Assembly: GCF_001194135.2 (NCBI RefSeq)
Contig: NC_069005.1
Span: 24,124,429-24,177,536, forward strand
Length of the DNA stretch: 53,108 bases
From: Octopus bimaculoides
Taxonomy: Eukaryota
Reading direction: 5' to 3'
In this document: positions 24,764 through 37,725 of the stretch, piece by piece
How positions within the stretch are numbered: position 1 is the stretch's first letter
How the letters are laid out: the number at the start of each line of letters is the position of its first letter
Notes under the pieces: generated by a model
Told to the model about the DNA's origin: nothing
What the model saw: only the letters and a program-made list of their open reading frames with translations
The model's database searches: none
Made by a program: the position numbers and the translations under genes

Positions 24764-25855
24764 TGTAAAATGGTATTACACAAATAAATAGATAGTTGTG
24801 GTTATCTACAAATAACCTATTGCTGGAATATATGTTAACACAGAACGCACTCCATACTACTCGAACGTAGGTACGATACTCAGTATTCACTTTTCAACTA
24901 CTGACTGTTAAACCAACACATTTCAAACTAATACCGCCAACTACACCCCTTGGCAATTCACTCAGTTCTTGTTTATTGTAATTGTTGCATGGGTGTGTTC
25001 AAGATTCTCCCATAACATAGCCCCTTTTTGAGAATTTAGCTCCACCTGGAGCTTAATATCTTTTGCATTTAGGATGTATTTCAAGTGATTCTGTTCATTT
25101 TCTTTTTCTTGTGTAGTTTCCACAGTTTGTTTAGGTGTTGGTACATCAAACGTATCATAGAAGACTTCCATTGGAATTTCGTTTCTTGTAACTGTTTCCT
25201 CAGTAAACCGTTTTTTTTTAGTTGATTTATATGTCTCTTATGTTCATAGCTGTGACCTTTTACTAAAAATAACACTTTCCCAATCTGTTTAGTAAACACT
25301 CCATTTTTCCACATTTCTTTACTATTTTTATACGTTTTAAAGAAAACTTTGTGACCAATTTTGAAAAATTTTGTATTATATTTGTTGTCTGATATTTTTC
25401 CCATTTTCACCTGGTAACAACTTGTTGAACATTGAGCTAATCTTCCTAGCAAACATCAATTCCACTGGTGACATTCCAGATGGAGTATTGCGATTTGGTG
25501 TCACTCGATATACCCTCAGAAACTATTGAAGTGCTTGGTCATCCATTATTTCATTGTTCGCTTTCTTGAAAGAACCTCTTAAATGTATCAACAAAACACT
25601 CCACTTATTCATTTGGAGTGGTCACATGTTTGATAGAGAACATTTCACAGAATTTTTTGAATTCATCTGCAGTAAAGTAAGTTCAATTGTTAGACACAAT
25701 GGTATCACGAATACCACATCTGGCGAACAATTTGTGTAAAACATTTACTGTATGTCAGTTTTTTACACTTATGTACTTCAGGACACTTAGAAAAACTATT
25801 TACCACAACAAGGCAATGTGAACTGTTAAGTGGACCTGTGAGATCAACCTGCAAT
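24764..25855 (-). mobile_element. Gypsy/Ty3 integrase remnant plus PPT and candidate 3' LTR (25017-24764)
   Basis: VDLTGPL..LVVVNSFSKCPEV, FTADEFKKFC..IKHVTT and KRHINQL motifs. A purine tract aaaaaggggg is followed by TGTT...AATAAA...ttttaCA. Confidence 0.8.
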
Positions 25856-25856
25856 C

Positions 25857-25934
25857 TGGTGTAGTGGTTAAGAGCACAGGCCACTAACCCCAAAATTCCG
25901 AGTTCGGTTCCAGGCAGTGACCTGAATAATAATG

Positions 25935-25990
<56 letters not shown>
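25857..25990 (+). mobile_element. Short tRNA-like SINE with (AAT)n tail
   Basis: A box tggtgtagtgg, B box gagttcggttcc, immediately followed by (AAT)n. Confidence 0.65.
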
Positions 25991-25992
<2 letters not shown>

Positions 25993-26553
25993 CCCATTAC
26001 ATTCTTGGAGTGGTTGGCATTAGGAAGGGCATCCAGCTGTAGAAAACATGCCAAATCAGACTGGAGTCTGGTGCAGCCCCTCAGCTTACCAGCCCTGGTC
26101 AAACCGTCCAACCCATGCTAGCATGGACAACAGAGGTTAATGCTGATGATGATGGTATATATTTTCTCTTTTATTTGTTTCAACCATTAGACTGCAGCCA
26201 TGCTGGGGAGACTGCTTTGAAGAAATTTTAATTTAATGAATTGACCCCAGTACTTCTTTTGTTAAGCCTGGTACTTATTCTATCGTTCTGTTTTGCCAAA
26301 CTGCTAAGTTATAGGGACATAAACACACCAAGACCAGTTGCCAAGTGATGGGGAGAGACAAACACAAATGTATATATATAAGTGGCAGGCTTCTTTCAGT
26401 TTCCGTCTACCAAATCCAATCACAAAGCTTTGGTCAGTCTGAGGCTATAGTAGAAGACACTTGCCCAAGGTACATGCAGTGGGACTGAACCCAGAACCAA
26501 GTGATTGGGCAGCAAGCTTCTATACAGCCACATCTGGGCCTCAATACACTCCA

Positions 26554-26589
<36 letters not shown>

Positions 26590-27222
26590 TTTCTCTTTTT
26601 CACACACACTCTCACACACAACAGGCTTCTTTCAGTTTCCTTCAACCAAATCCACTCACAAGACTTTGGTTGGCCTAGGGCTATAGTAGAAGACACTTGT
26701 CCAATGTGCCACACAATGGGACTGAAACTGAAAAAATGTGGTTTGATGGCAAACATCTTAACCATTCAGTTGTACCTACACTAATTATCACAGGTCAACA
26801 CATATTTTCTGGCACAAGGTTTATCAATGGTTTTTAACTAATTTTGGGGAGCTGAATCCAAATCTGGCATCAAATTTTTGTCTATCACATCAGAGTTTTG
26901 AGATATAAAATCTGTTAGTTCTTGCTAGAAACAACTGTTTAATGCTCATAAAGGAAGAATTAAACATACACAGATGCAATTTTTAATAGACAATGTGTCT
27001 TTTCTTTTTAACCTAATAAATCAAAACACAAAGTTGTGAGAGAAAAATGCACTTTAGCATGTATGAATAAGCTTGGTGATAACAAAATATGAACACAAAA
27101 TCTCTATTTATTGTGATAATTCATTCTAATCATCTTATTACTGCAAGAATGTCCCTGTTTTTGACAATCTCTTTTGTACAGCTGGAATGTCTCTCATTAA
27201 GCTCCAGTAGTAATCTGCTATC

Positions 27223-27604
27223 GTGGAGGCGCAATGGCCCAGTGGTTAGGGCAGCGGACTCACGGTCATAGGATCACGGTTTCGATTCCCAGACTGGGCG
27301 TTGTGAGTGTTTATTGAGCGAAAGCACCTAAAGCTCCACGAGGCTCCGGCAGGGGATGGTGGCGAACCCTGCTGTACTCTTTCACCACAACTTTCTCTCA
27401 CTCTTATTTCCTGTTTTCTGTTGTACCTGTAATTCAAATGACCAGCCTTGTCACACTGTGTCACGCTGAATATCCCTGAGAACTACGTTAAGGGTACACG
27501 TGTCTGTGGAGTGCTCAGCCACTTGCACATTAATTTCACGAGCAGGCTGTTCCGTTGATCGGATCAACTGGAACCCTCGATGTTGTAAGCGACGGAGTGC
27601 CAAC
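27223..27604 (+). mobile_element. tRNA-derived SINE family B, full length, inserted in the Chapaev transposase
   Basis: 11-bp TSD aatctgctatc at 27212-27222 and 27605-27615. Confidence 0.92.
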
Positions 27605-27954
27605 AATCTGCTATCATGTTTGAGTCCCATTAGCCTTGGTAGCTGTCTTCTATTACTTTTACATCCTGATGAAAGTATCTGCCTTATTCTTCATTAACAT
27701 CACCCAGGTTTTCTAGAAACTCACCCAAGTGTAAGTAGTGCAATTTAATACACATTCTATATCCGAATGCCTGCAAACTCAAGAGCAGTTCCATTACAAT
27801 CTCTTGATAGTTATCAGCTTTCCTGTTTCCAAGGAGATTCTGTACCACATGAGGACATTCCAAGCTCTAGCCTCTGCCGCACTCATTGAGAAGTGTTCTT
27901 ATTTGAGGTCCGTCAAATATTCCTGCCTTCTTGTTACCAAGATTTGGAAAGGTT

Positions 27955-28459
27955 TGTAACGGACACCTTATAGCCTTAGATTGAGTTAGTTAAGATTTCA
28001 TCATAGCTAAAAATATATCGACAGCTCCCTTAGTGAAAACCTTAAATTGGCGCCCTTTTTGTAAATCAGCAGCAGAATTTTGCCATAGCTAAAAATAGAT
28101 TGTCTACCTCGCTGCTGACTATAAATACAACACAGGGAACAGTAGATGGGCAGTCTGAATCTAGTCTCTGACTCGAACGTACGAAAAGCGGTTTTAACTG
28201 CTATCAACTCAGCAAAGATATGCAACAACCCAGAACAGTGGTTTTCACTGCTATCAACTAAGCTGAACCAAATACATGCTTTCTCCGCATATAACTCGTA
28301 GTTAGTTATACACGTTTGTAATGTAGTGATATGTTTCGATGTCCGATCAACGCGGTATCATTTATGCTAAATAAATGAAATTATACTCTGATTACCGAGT
28401 CTGCAGTTCATTCAAACCCAACAGACCAACTCATTATGACAGGATACATATCCATTACA
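27955..28459. mobile_element. Solo LTR (505 bp)
   Basis: TGTAA...TTACA termini, 4-bp TSD GGTT (27951-27954 and 28460-28463), AATAAA near 28371. Confidence 0.7.
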
Positions 28460-29916
28460 GGTTGTACATATATATGTGAAGCAGTCCCCACTGTGATCAA
28501 GAGCTTTGATGAATTACTTCATCACACCAAGTTTCAACACAGGTTTTGCAAACTTTATGGGGAGCCCAGGTTTTGTCCTGGCCTCCAAGATATACCTTCT
28601 TGACAAAGCTATTAAGGATGCACCTTTGAACCTGTGGAATGAACTTGCCACAGATGTAACAGAAAATATTAGGGTCATTACAGTACGTCCTTCTTTTTGA
28701 TGTTGTATCCATAGGTGCAGGAGTGGCTGTGTGGTAAGTAGCTTGCTTACCAACCACATGGTTCTGGGTTCAGTCCCACTGCGTGGCACCTTGGGCAAGT
28801 GTCTTCTACTATAGCCTCGGGCCGACCAAAGCCTTGTGAGTGGATTTGGTAGACAGAAACTGAAAGAAGCCTGTCGTATATATGTATACATATGTATGTG
28901 TGTGTATATGTTTACGTGTCTGTGTTTGTCTCCCCAACATCGCTTGACAACCGATGCTGGTGTGTTTACATCCCTGTAACTTAGCAGTTCGGCAAAAGAG
29001 ACCGATAGAATAAGTACTAGGCTTACAAAGAATAAGTCCTGGGGTCGATTTGCTCGACTAAAGGCGGTGCTCCAGCATGGCCACAGTCAAATGACTGAAA
29101 CAAGTAAAAGAGTATAACTAGATCACAGTGGCTCAGTTCACACCTGAAAAGACGAGAAAGGATTTTAATGCAAAACTCAGCTTGAACATATTATTCAAAA
29201 TTAGCATGACAATCTAGCAAAAATTCTTGCAAATAATGGTGTAAAGTTAATTTTTGGTATGCTCCAGGTAAATAAAGATATATACTGATGACACAAAAAT
29301 GTGATTTGATAGAGCAAATCTGAGGTCAGTTTTGGAATCAGCACCCAAAAATTAGATTAGTCTGACACAGCTCTAAGATTTTATGTTAGAAAATAAAAGT
29401 TTTATTTTGTTGACCAGTGTCATTCACAACAAAAATGAGAACAAAAAGAAAAATGAGAACTGCTGGTGTTGTTTTATCCCAGTTGATAACATCAAACTAC
29501 ATCCTGCTTAAGGATATTGAGAACAATGTAGCATTATATGAGAAAGTTGTTTGAAATGTTTTTCAAATGTCATTTCCTAGACAGGAAATATAGTTATTAC
29601 ATTTAAAAGAACCGACTACCTCAAGGAAAGAGATCCCATAAGTAGATAATTCAGGTCTGTGTAGATTTTTAAAAATCTTTTACTTGTTTCAGTCATTTGG
29701 TTCCGCTAAACAAATTGATTCTGACACTTATATTTTTTTTTGAAGCCTGGTACTTAATCTATCAGTCTCTTCAGCAGAACTGCTAAGTTACAGGGATGTA
29801 AACAAACCAGTACTGGTTGTCAAATGCTAATGGAGGACAAACACAACACAGCATACACATGCACACGCGTGCACACACACATACACACACAACACAGCAT
29901 ACACATGCGCACGCGT

Positions 29917-29962
<46 letters not shown>

Positions 29963-30541
29963 TATAGACTTCTTTCAGTTTCCATTGACCAAATCCACTT
30001 GCAAGTCTTTGGTCAGCCCAGGACTATAGGCCCACGCAAAGTGGGACTGAACCTGAGACCATAATAGTCGGAAGCCAAGCTTCTTAACTGCACAGCCACC
30101 TGTACCTGTAGATTCACAAAAAAAGTTTCCTAATAAATTATTCAAAAGAGATAAAGAAAAAAATTCTTTAAGTTTAATTTTATAGAATCAGAATTTGAAT
30201 TGATTGAAAGAGTGTTATTAAACTGTACATCACTTCTTAGAGAAACTTTTAGCAGTAATTCTTCTAAACCTTTTGTTTGTCCACAGTCCACTAGGCTGGT
30301 ACATCTCTCTGGTTTCCAGGTGAAAACCTTATTTCCTCACATACAAGATGCCAGATTACCACAAGTTACTTTCTTCCCAGGTCAGATTAAAGACGTAAAC
30401 ATATAGGGCAAGTGGAAATTCCTCTAGGGCAGCATACTGAGAGCTAGACTAAATCTGTGGCTTCAGCCAGACTGAGGGTGACACGATGGTGGAACATTGA
30501 GGTAGACAGAGTCATAAAAACAAAGAGATGGGCTTGAAAAG

Positions 30542-30751
30542 CAGCATTTCTCAACTAGGCTTCTCCAGAACCCTAGGGTTCTGCAAAAGGTTCCTAGGGG
30601 TTCCACAAGAAAGAGCGAGATAAACTAATGCTAATTTCATGATCATGATATTACTATACATGCACAACATATTATTGGTTATTGTAGTATTGTAATATAG
30701 ACATCATCCTATCTAACCTATTATGTTATCAACAGAATATAACAACCATTG

Positions 30752-30815
<64 letters not shown>

Positions 30816-31236
30816 ATTTAATTTATATAAGGGCATTACTATACAATAACACCTCACGCTAAGAGGGACTCCAGAAGTCAAACTACTATAAAAATGTGTT
30901 TATTATAGTAGTTTGACTTCTGGAGTCATTCTTAGCGTGAGGCGTTATTGTATAGTAATGCTCTTATATAAATTAAATATATTTATAGGGAAAAATGATG
31001 AGTTTTTTCCCTTATGAGGTTTTTTCACGCTAACTACTTGATAAATTCTTATAAAGATTTTATCCTATTATTGAATTATATATATATATATATATATATG
31101 TATATTTACCATGTGAACTATGATGAAAAAATTGAGAAAGATGTGGTATATAATTTTTTTTTTTTGTGCAGGGGTTCCTTGAGATATGTAATTTATTTTA
31201 AGGGTTACACAAGAATAAATAAGTTGACAGTCACTG
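30542..31236. mobile_element. hAT-type non-autonomous element (MITE)
   Basis: Imperfect TIRs cagcatttctcaac and gttgacagtcactg. Perfect 8-bp TSD ttgaaaag at 30534-30541 and 31237-31244. Confidence 0.85.
30817..30977. repeat. Near-perfect palindrome: 75-bp arms, 11-nt loop
   Basis: Arms 30817-30891 and 30903-30977, with 4 mismatches by manual comparison. Confidence 0.9.
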
Positions 31237-31537
31237 TTGAAAAGACTAGAAGAATTGAAGCAACAGAGAACTATATCAGGTAGTTAGAAGAGAAACTATG
31301 CAGCAAGTTTACTTGGCAAGGGTGAAGCAGAGTGTTAGAGGTTTGTGAATGTTTTATAACACGAGGATTAGAGGCATGAAGTGTTCTAGATTATGAGATA
31401 GTGTATTAGAGAGTATCAAGATGTTGTGCATGAGAAGTGTGTATGGATAGATAATAAGATACTTTCACTTAGTGCTTATGAAAAGAGAGAGATGTATAAG
31501 TGCTATGATGAAAGGCTAATAAATGTGCAGACTGAAT

Positions 31538-31571
<34 letters not shown>

Positions 31572-34106
31572 ATCCCAATGTGGACCCAAAGAAGGACCAG
31601 CTATTCTTGTAGACAGTAATGTGATAGATAAAACATTTTAGAATATGAAGACAAAGAAAGCCTCCGACTGTGAGGAATTACTGCTGAGATGCATAAAATA
31701 TCTGGTGATGTACAGTGTAGCCATTTGTTTAGTCAATCAGGTTGTTTAGTCAATCAGGTAGCATTGCAGCATTATCATCAACTGTTTCAAGGGTAAAGGA
31801 GATGTCTAACAGAGAAGCAATTATATAGAAACTATCAGTAGTTTGATTAAACTGTTGCGCCAAGTTTAGCTTACATCAGATGCAATTTGATTTTGTGCCA
31901 GAGAATACTACTGCTACCCTTTCAGTAGTAAGGCAACTGTAGAAGCATTTAACTGAAAGTAAGCCATTATACTTAACATTTGTTGACTAGAGAAAGCTTT
32001 CAACAGAGTTCCTCACTCTGTGATCTGCTGCTCATTGAGGAAACTAGGAGCAAATGAATGGTTTATGAGACTCATATAAGTGACATAAAGAGGTGCTGTC
32101 AGTAAAGTGAGTTAGTAATAAGTACAGCAATGAATTTAATATATAGGTAGGTGTTCACTAGAGCTTGGTTCTCAGTCCTCTTCTATTCATCGTACTTTTC
32201 CAGGCCATAACAGAGGAGTTTAAAACAGGTTGCCCATGGAAATTATAATAGGGTCATTACCTTAGTCTTACAACTGAATCTGTTGTAGAATTAGAAAAGA
32301 AATTCCAGGCATGGAAGCAAAATCTGGAATCAAAAGCCTTAATGTTAACTTAGCAAAGACTGGAGTTTTAGTAATCAGGAAAATAATTAAAACACTACAC
32401 CCTTCTGGAGAGTGGTCTTGCTTTGTGTGTAGAAAATGTGTAGGTAGAAATTTCATACAGTGAATTCAGTGCAAACTATGGACTCACAACAGGTATGTTT
32501 CTCTGGACACAAGAGGTAAGTCATTGGTGAAAATATCTCTGTATGTGGCAGATGCACAGACACAATAAACATTAAGAACACATGAGATATAGAATTTTTT
32601 TAATATCCAGAAGGCTCCCTAGGGATTGTAGATAGTTTTAATGTTACCTTGGAGACCTAATTAGCAGAGGAAGAGGATGCTCTGAGAGTGTGAGGAAACA
32701 AGGTCGAGAGAGTTCAGAGAGTTATTACTTCTGTTGGTAACAAAAGGTTTCTTTCAGAGGGAAAGGTGAACTATGATGATTGTGTATGGATAGCAAGGCT
32801 ACATGGTAGTGAGATATGGGCCTTGAATGCAGAGATCTTGTGAAAACTAGAAAGAAATGAAGCAAGCAAGCTCTACTACATGTATAATGTCTGTGTACAT
32901 GAGCATTGGTGATGTATGTGGATGAGGACAGCTGTATAAGGACTTGCTAGTTACTGAAGGTGGCTGGAATTTATGAAAGAAGACTCAGAAAGACATGGGG
33001 CAAATTAGTGAAGGCTGATCTCAAGATGTTGAGCCTTATAGAGGAGGCCTGAAAGCATTGGTTTGATTGACAGTAATACACTGCACTCTAGAAGATAGAT
33101 CTGTCATGTAAAACTGAGGTCCTAAAAGCACAATAGTTATGTTTCTACACCTAAGTGGGCCCAGCACCAAATTTGTCTGTTAAGTCTTCTCCATCTTCTC
33201 ATCTTTCTATCATTAATTTCTCTCATCACTTTTCTCATTAATGCATTATTCTGCAGCTGTCATTAAACAGGAACAGAAAACTACATATTTCATCCCCTTT
33301 CTGAGTCATCAGTTATCTCTCTCTCTCTGTCTCTGTCTGTGTGTCTCTCTGTCTCTGTCTGTGTGTCTCTCTGTCTCTGTCTGTGTCTCTCCTGGGAACC
33401 AGTTCCTTTTGATACCCATTTATTATTTGCAATCTCCCCACCACCACCACCACCACCACCACCACAACCACCACCACNNNNNNNNNNNNNNNNNNNNNNN
33501 NNNNNNNNNNNNNNNNNNNNNNNNNNNNNNNNNNNNNNNNNNNNNNCTTCTGGTGACCCTTCCTGTGCCACAATTTATCACTCCCTTCCCCAAGAAGCAG
33601 ATCTTGTTCACCTCATTTTTGACACTATCTGGTATCTGCCATTGACCTCCCCACCGACTTGGATAAAATTTCTGCTAGGAAACAGATAAAGAATAATAAT
33701 AATAAGAAGAAGAATAAGAATATCAGTTAGTTTACTTTACATCAACATGAGAAGCAGGCACATGAGGATTGTTTTTCGTTTTATACTAAAAATTGCAAAC
33801 GTTTTAGTTTGTGCATATTTGATAAAGAAAGCAATTCACATCATACATTGCCAGATTTCCTTGTAATTCTTTTATTTCTGAAAGTAGCATCTGTTCATAT
33901 ATATACTCTTTTACTCTTTTACTTGTTTCAGTCATTTGACTGCGGCCATGCTGGAGCACCGCCTTTAGTCAAGCAAATCGACCCCAGGACTTATTCTTTG
34001 GAAGCCCAGTACTTATTCTATCGGTCTCTTATGCCGAACTGCTAAGTTACGGGGACGTAAACACACCAGCATCGGCTGTCAAGCAATGGTGGGGGAACAA
34101 ACACAG

Positions 34107-34140
<34 letters not shown>

Positions 34141-35033
34141 GTACATATATACGATGGGTTTCTTTCAGTTTCCGTCTACCAAATCCACNNNNNNNNNNNN
34201 NNNNNNNNNNNNNNNNNNNNNNNNNNNNNNNNNNNNNNNNNNNNNNNNNNNNNNNNNNNNNNNNNNNNNNNNNNNNNNNNNNNNNNNNNNNNNNNNNNNN
34301 NNNNNNNNNNNNNNNNNNNNNNNNNNNNNNNNNNNNNNNNNNNNNNNNNNNNNNNNNNNNNNNNNNNNNNNNNNNNNNNNNNNNNNNNNNNNNNNNNNNN
34401 NNNNNNNNNNNNNNNNNNNNNNNNNNNNNNNNNNNNNNNNNNNNNNNNNNNNNNNNNNNNNNNNNNNNNNNNNNNNNNNNNNNNNNNNNNNNNNNNNNNN
34501 NNNNNNNNNNNNNNNNNNNNNNNNNNNNNNNNNNNNNNNNNNNNNNNNNNNNNNNNNNNNNNNNNNNNNNNNNNNNNNNNNNNNNNNNNNNNNNNNNNNN
34601 NNNNNNNNNNNNNNNNNNNNNNNNNNNNNNNNNNNNNNNNNNNNNNNNNNNNNNNNNNNNNNNNNNNNNNNNNNNNNNNNNNNNNNNNNNNNNNNNNNNN
34701 NNNNNNNNNNNNNNNNNNNNNNNNNNNNNNNNNNNNNNNNNNNNNNNNNNNNNNNNNNNNNNNNNNNNNNNNNNNNNNNNNNNNNNNNNNNNNNNNNNNN
34801 NNNNNNNNNNNNNNNNNNNNNNNNNNNNNNNNNNNNNNNNNNNNNNNNNNNNNNNNNNNNNNNNNNNNNNNNNNNNNNNNNNNNNNNNNNNNNNNNNNNN
34901 NNNNNNNNNNNNNNNNNNNNNNNNNNNNNNNNNNNNNNNNNNNNNNNNNNNNNNNNNNNNNNNNNNNNNNNNNNNNNNNNNNNNNNNNNNNNNNNNNNNN
35001 NNNNNNNNNNNNNNNNNNNNNNNNNNNNNNNNN

Positions 35034-35082
<49 letters not shown>

Positions 35083-35286
35083 GGAGAGAGTGATCAACAA
35101 GGAGAGCAGAAACAGGTTTGTTACTGTAGAGGAGATACATGATTACTCAGCCACTCACAAGGCTTTGGTCAGCCTGAGGCTATCATAGAAGACACTTGCC
35201 CAAGGTACCACACAGTGGGACTGAACCCGGAGCCATGTGGTTGAGAAGCAAGCGTCTTACCACATAGCCACACCTGCACCTATATA

Positions 35287-36146
35287 CAGGGTGCGGCGAA
35301 TAAATTGTCTAAATTACACAAAAATGAAAATTACACTGACATCTCATTTTAACAGATATATTTACCAAAATTACATAAAACTATCTTGAAATACTAAAGA
35401 GTAAATTTATTCAATAAAATTTTCATTAGCTTCAACCATGGCCTCCAGACGACTTCAGAATCTCCTGCAACTCTTCTTGTTTAAGTTGGTGAGTGCTGCC
35501 ATAATCCTTGCCTTCAGTTCATCTTTGGTGTTACAAGGGGTTTTGTTAGTCTCTCACTCAACTGCACCCCACACATAATAATCAACAGAGTTGCAGTCTG
35601 GGGAATAAGGTGGCCAAATGTTAGGGGTGATGTAGTCACAGAAATTGTCTGATAGCCATGGCTGGGTTCTCCTGCTTGTGTGGCATGGTGCAGAGTCCTG
35701 TAGCCAGAGATAGGGTCTTCCAGCAGCCACACTCTCTTGACCCAGGGCAGCACTACCTCCTGCATGCACTTGATGTAGGCCTTCACGTAGAGTCTGAGAC
35801 CACATGGGAAAATGAATGGAGGCATAATGTCACCATCACTAGTGATCACTCCAAACACCATGATGTTGACTGGATGTTTGATCTTTATCACTCCTGGTAC
35901 ATGTCCTCTGATCGACACTGAAACACTCTGAAATGTTTGTATTGAAGCTTCCGGCACAAATGCCAAGTAGTACAGCATGTCATTTTCAAATTTCTGGCAG
36001 AGTGAATTGCCATACAGTTCTGTTTTTCTCACGGACGGTGCCCAACTGACCCTACTATACTGTGTAGTCGACAAAATCAAAAACAAACACTGCACAAGTG
36101 TGAAATTAAAGGTATAAAATGGCGACTGTTTACCCATCGCACCCTG
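35287..36146 (-). mobile_element. maT/DD37D transposon, 860-bp internal-deletion derivative
   Basis: TIRs cagggtgcg and cgcaccctg with flanking TA. QDSAP...WPPYSPDCNSVD has 37 residues between the 2nd and 3rd catalytic D. Confidence 0.88.
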
Positions 36147-36161
36147 TATATGATAATAGTA

Positions 36162-36197
<36 letters not shown>

Positions 36198-36549
36198 CGA
36201 CAACAAAAGAATGAGACCTTGATATTAGGTGAATAGAGAAATTTATATTATGACGACAGCCAATGAGAATGCATCGTAGTTCTTAGTTTCGGCATATGTA
36301 ACTCTGAGTCTTATTATGAAAACTTACTGATTGTCCTAAACTATACATATATATATGTATATATATANNNNNNNNNNNNNNNNNNNATTCAATAGGTTAT
36401 ATAGCAGTACGTACTGCTATAACCTATTGAATTTTTGTTGCTTTTCTTCAAATTTTATTCACCAAATCTCTTGATTTTGTTTTTGGTTTTTACCCTACCA
36501 AATTCTGGTGCCTCAAATACCACATTTAATCTTTTGATTAAATCTATAT

Positions 36550-36590
<41 letters not shown>

Positions 36591-37083
36591 CATACAAAAA
36601 TAGATATATGTATATCTATCAATCTATTTATCTATTTATCTATCTGTATATATTGTGTATATATATATTACACACACACACACACACATTCAAAGTACAT
36701 ACATACACATGTACATGCATATATGTGTGTGTGAATGTATGTATATGTATACGTATACATGTACACTCATATAGGTATATTTCAAGACAGCTGATATCCC
36801 AACACCCATTCCCCATTTTCTTCCATCTTACACCCCTGCTAGAAGGTTGGTTTGCATCACAATTTTTGATGCAGCTATGAGTTGATCTAATTCTAATAAT
36901 GTAGATCAAGGTTAAACAGGAAGTATAGCTTACTAAGGAATACTTGCAGATATTTCTCTTTAAAAAGTCCTGTTTGGTATTATATTTCTGCTGTAAACAT
37001 CTAACAAGCTCCCCATTTACACACTGTTAAAATTCCATCAACAATTTTGATATTCATTTTAGTGTTTGTTTAAAGACTGCATA

Positions 37084-37725
37084 GTGGAGGTGCAATGGCC
37101 CAATGGTTAGGGCAGCGGACTCGCGGTCACAGGATCGCGGTTTCGATTCCCAGACCGGGCGTTGTGAGTGTTTATTGAGCAAAAAAACATCTAAAAGCTC
37201 CACGAGGCTCCGGTAGGGGATGGGTGGCGAACCCTGCTGTACTCTTTCACCACAACTTTCTCTCACTCTTACTTCCTGTTTCTGTTGTGCCTGTAATTCA
37301 AAGGGTCAGTCTTGTCACACTGTGTCATGCTGAATATCCCCGAGAACTACGTTAAGGGTACATGTGTCTGTGGAGTGCTCAATCACTTGCACGTTAATTT
37401 CNNNNNNNNNNGCGTTGTGAGTGTTTATTGAGCAAAAAAACATCTAAAAGCTCCACGAGGCTCCGGTAGGGGATGGGTGGCGAACCCTGCTGTACTCTTT
37501 CACCACAACTTTCTCTCACTCTTACTTCCTGTTTCTGTTGTGCCTGTAATTCAAAGGGTCAGTCTTGTCACACTGTGTCATGCTGAATATCCCCGAGAAC
37601 TACGTTAAGGGTACATGTGTCTGTGGAGTGCTCAATCACTTGCACGTTAATTTCACGAGCAGGCTGTTCCGTTGATCGGATCAACTGGAACCCTCGGCGT
37701 CGTAAGTGATGGAGTGCCAACAACA
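37084..37725 (+). mobile_element. tRNA-derived SINE family B with an apparent assembly duplication across the N10 gap
   Basis: TSD-like aaagactgca on both flanks. About 240 bp is repeated identically, including private variants, on both sides of the gap at 37402-37411. Confidence 0.85.

Larger units (their letters stand above)
26789..29419 (-). mobile_element. Chapaev3-like (CMC) DNA transposon, internally deleted, carrying three nested insertions
   Basis: Termini CACAGGTCAACA and TGTTGACCAGTG with matching subterminal gctgaatccaaa motifs. N-terminus CNDPNIFCYICG..GGQDKTWAPHKVCKTC from ATG 28712; C-terminus LGNRKADNYQEIV..LHYLH..ENLGDV.EE..FHQD..ADYYW. The superfamily assignment is from memory. 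Confidence 0.75.
30300..33100 (+). mobile_element. Highly degraded RTE LINE (linker, RT, C-terminus), split by a hAT MITE
   Basis: TRWWNIEVDRVI, KPLYLTFVD*EKAFNRVP, LRKLG, VLSPLLFIV, FKTGCPW and LHGSEIWAL remnants. Confidence 0.8.

Noticed and set aside
25920-25990. Regular short repeats that might suggest CRISPR-like arrays
   Set aside because: They are simple trinucleotide microsatellites or SINE tails with no repeat-spacer structure, in eukaryotic DNA.
36930-36990. Possible 57-nt minus-strand exon (QKYNTKQDFLKRNICKYSL, donor GTAAGC)
   Set aside because: Weak splice signals and no way to link it to either gene model.
37139-37660. Apparent tandem duplication within a SINE
   Set aside because: The copies are identical and flank a nominal N10 gap, so contig-overlap assembly artefact is most likely.
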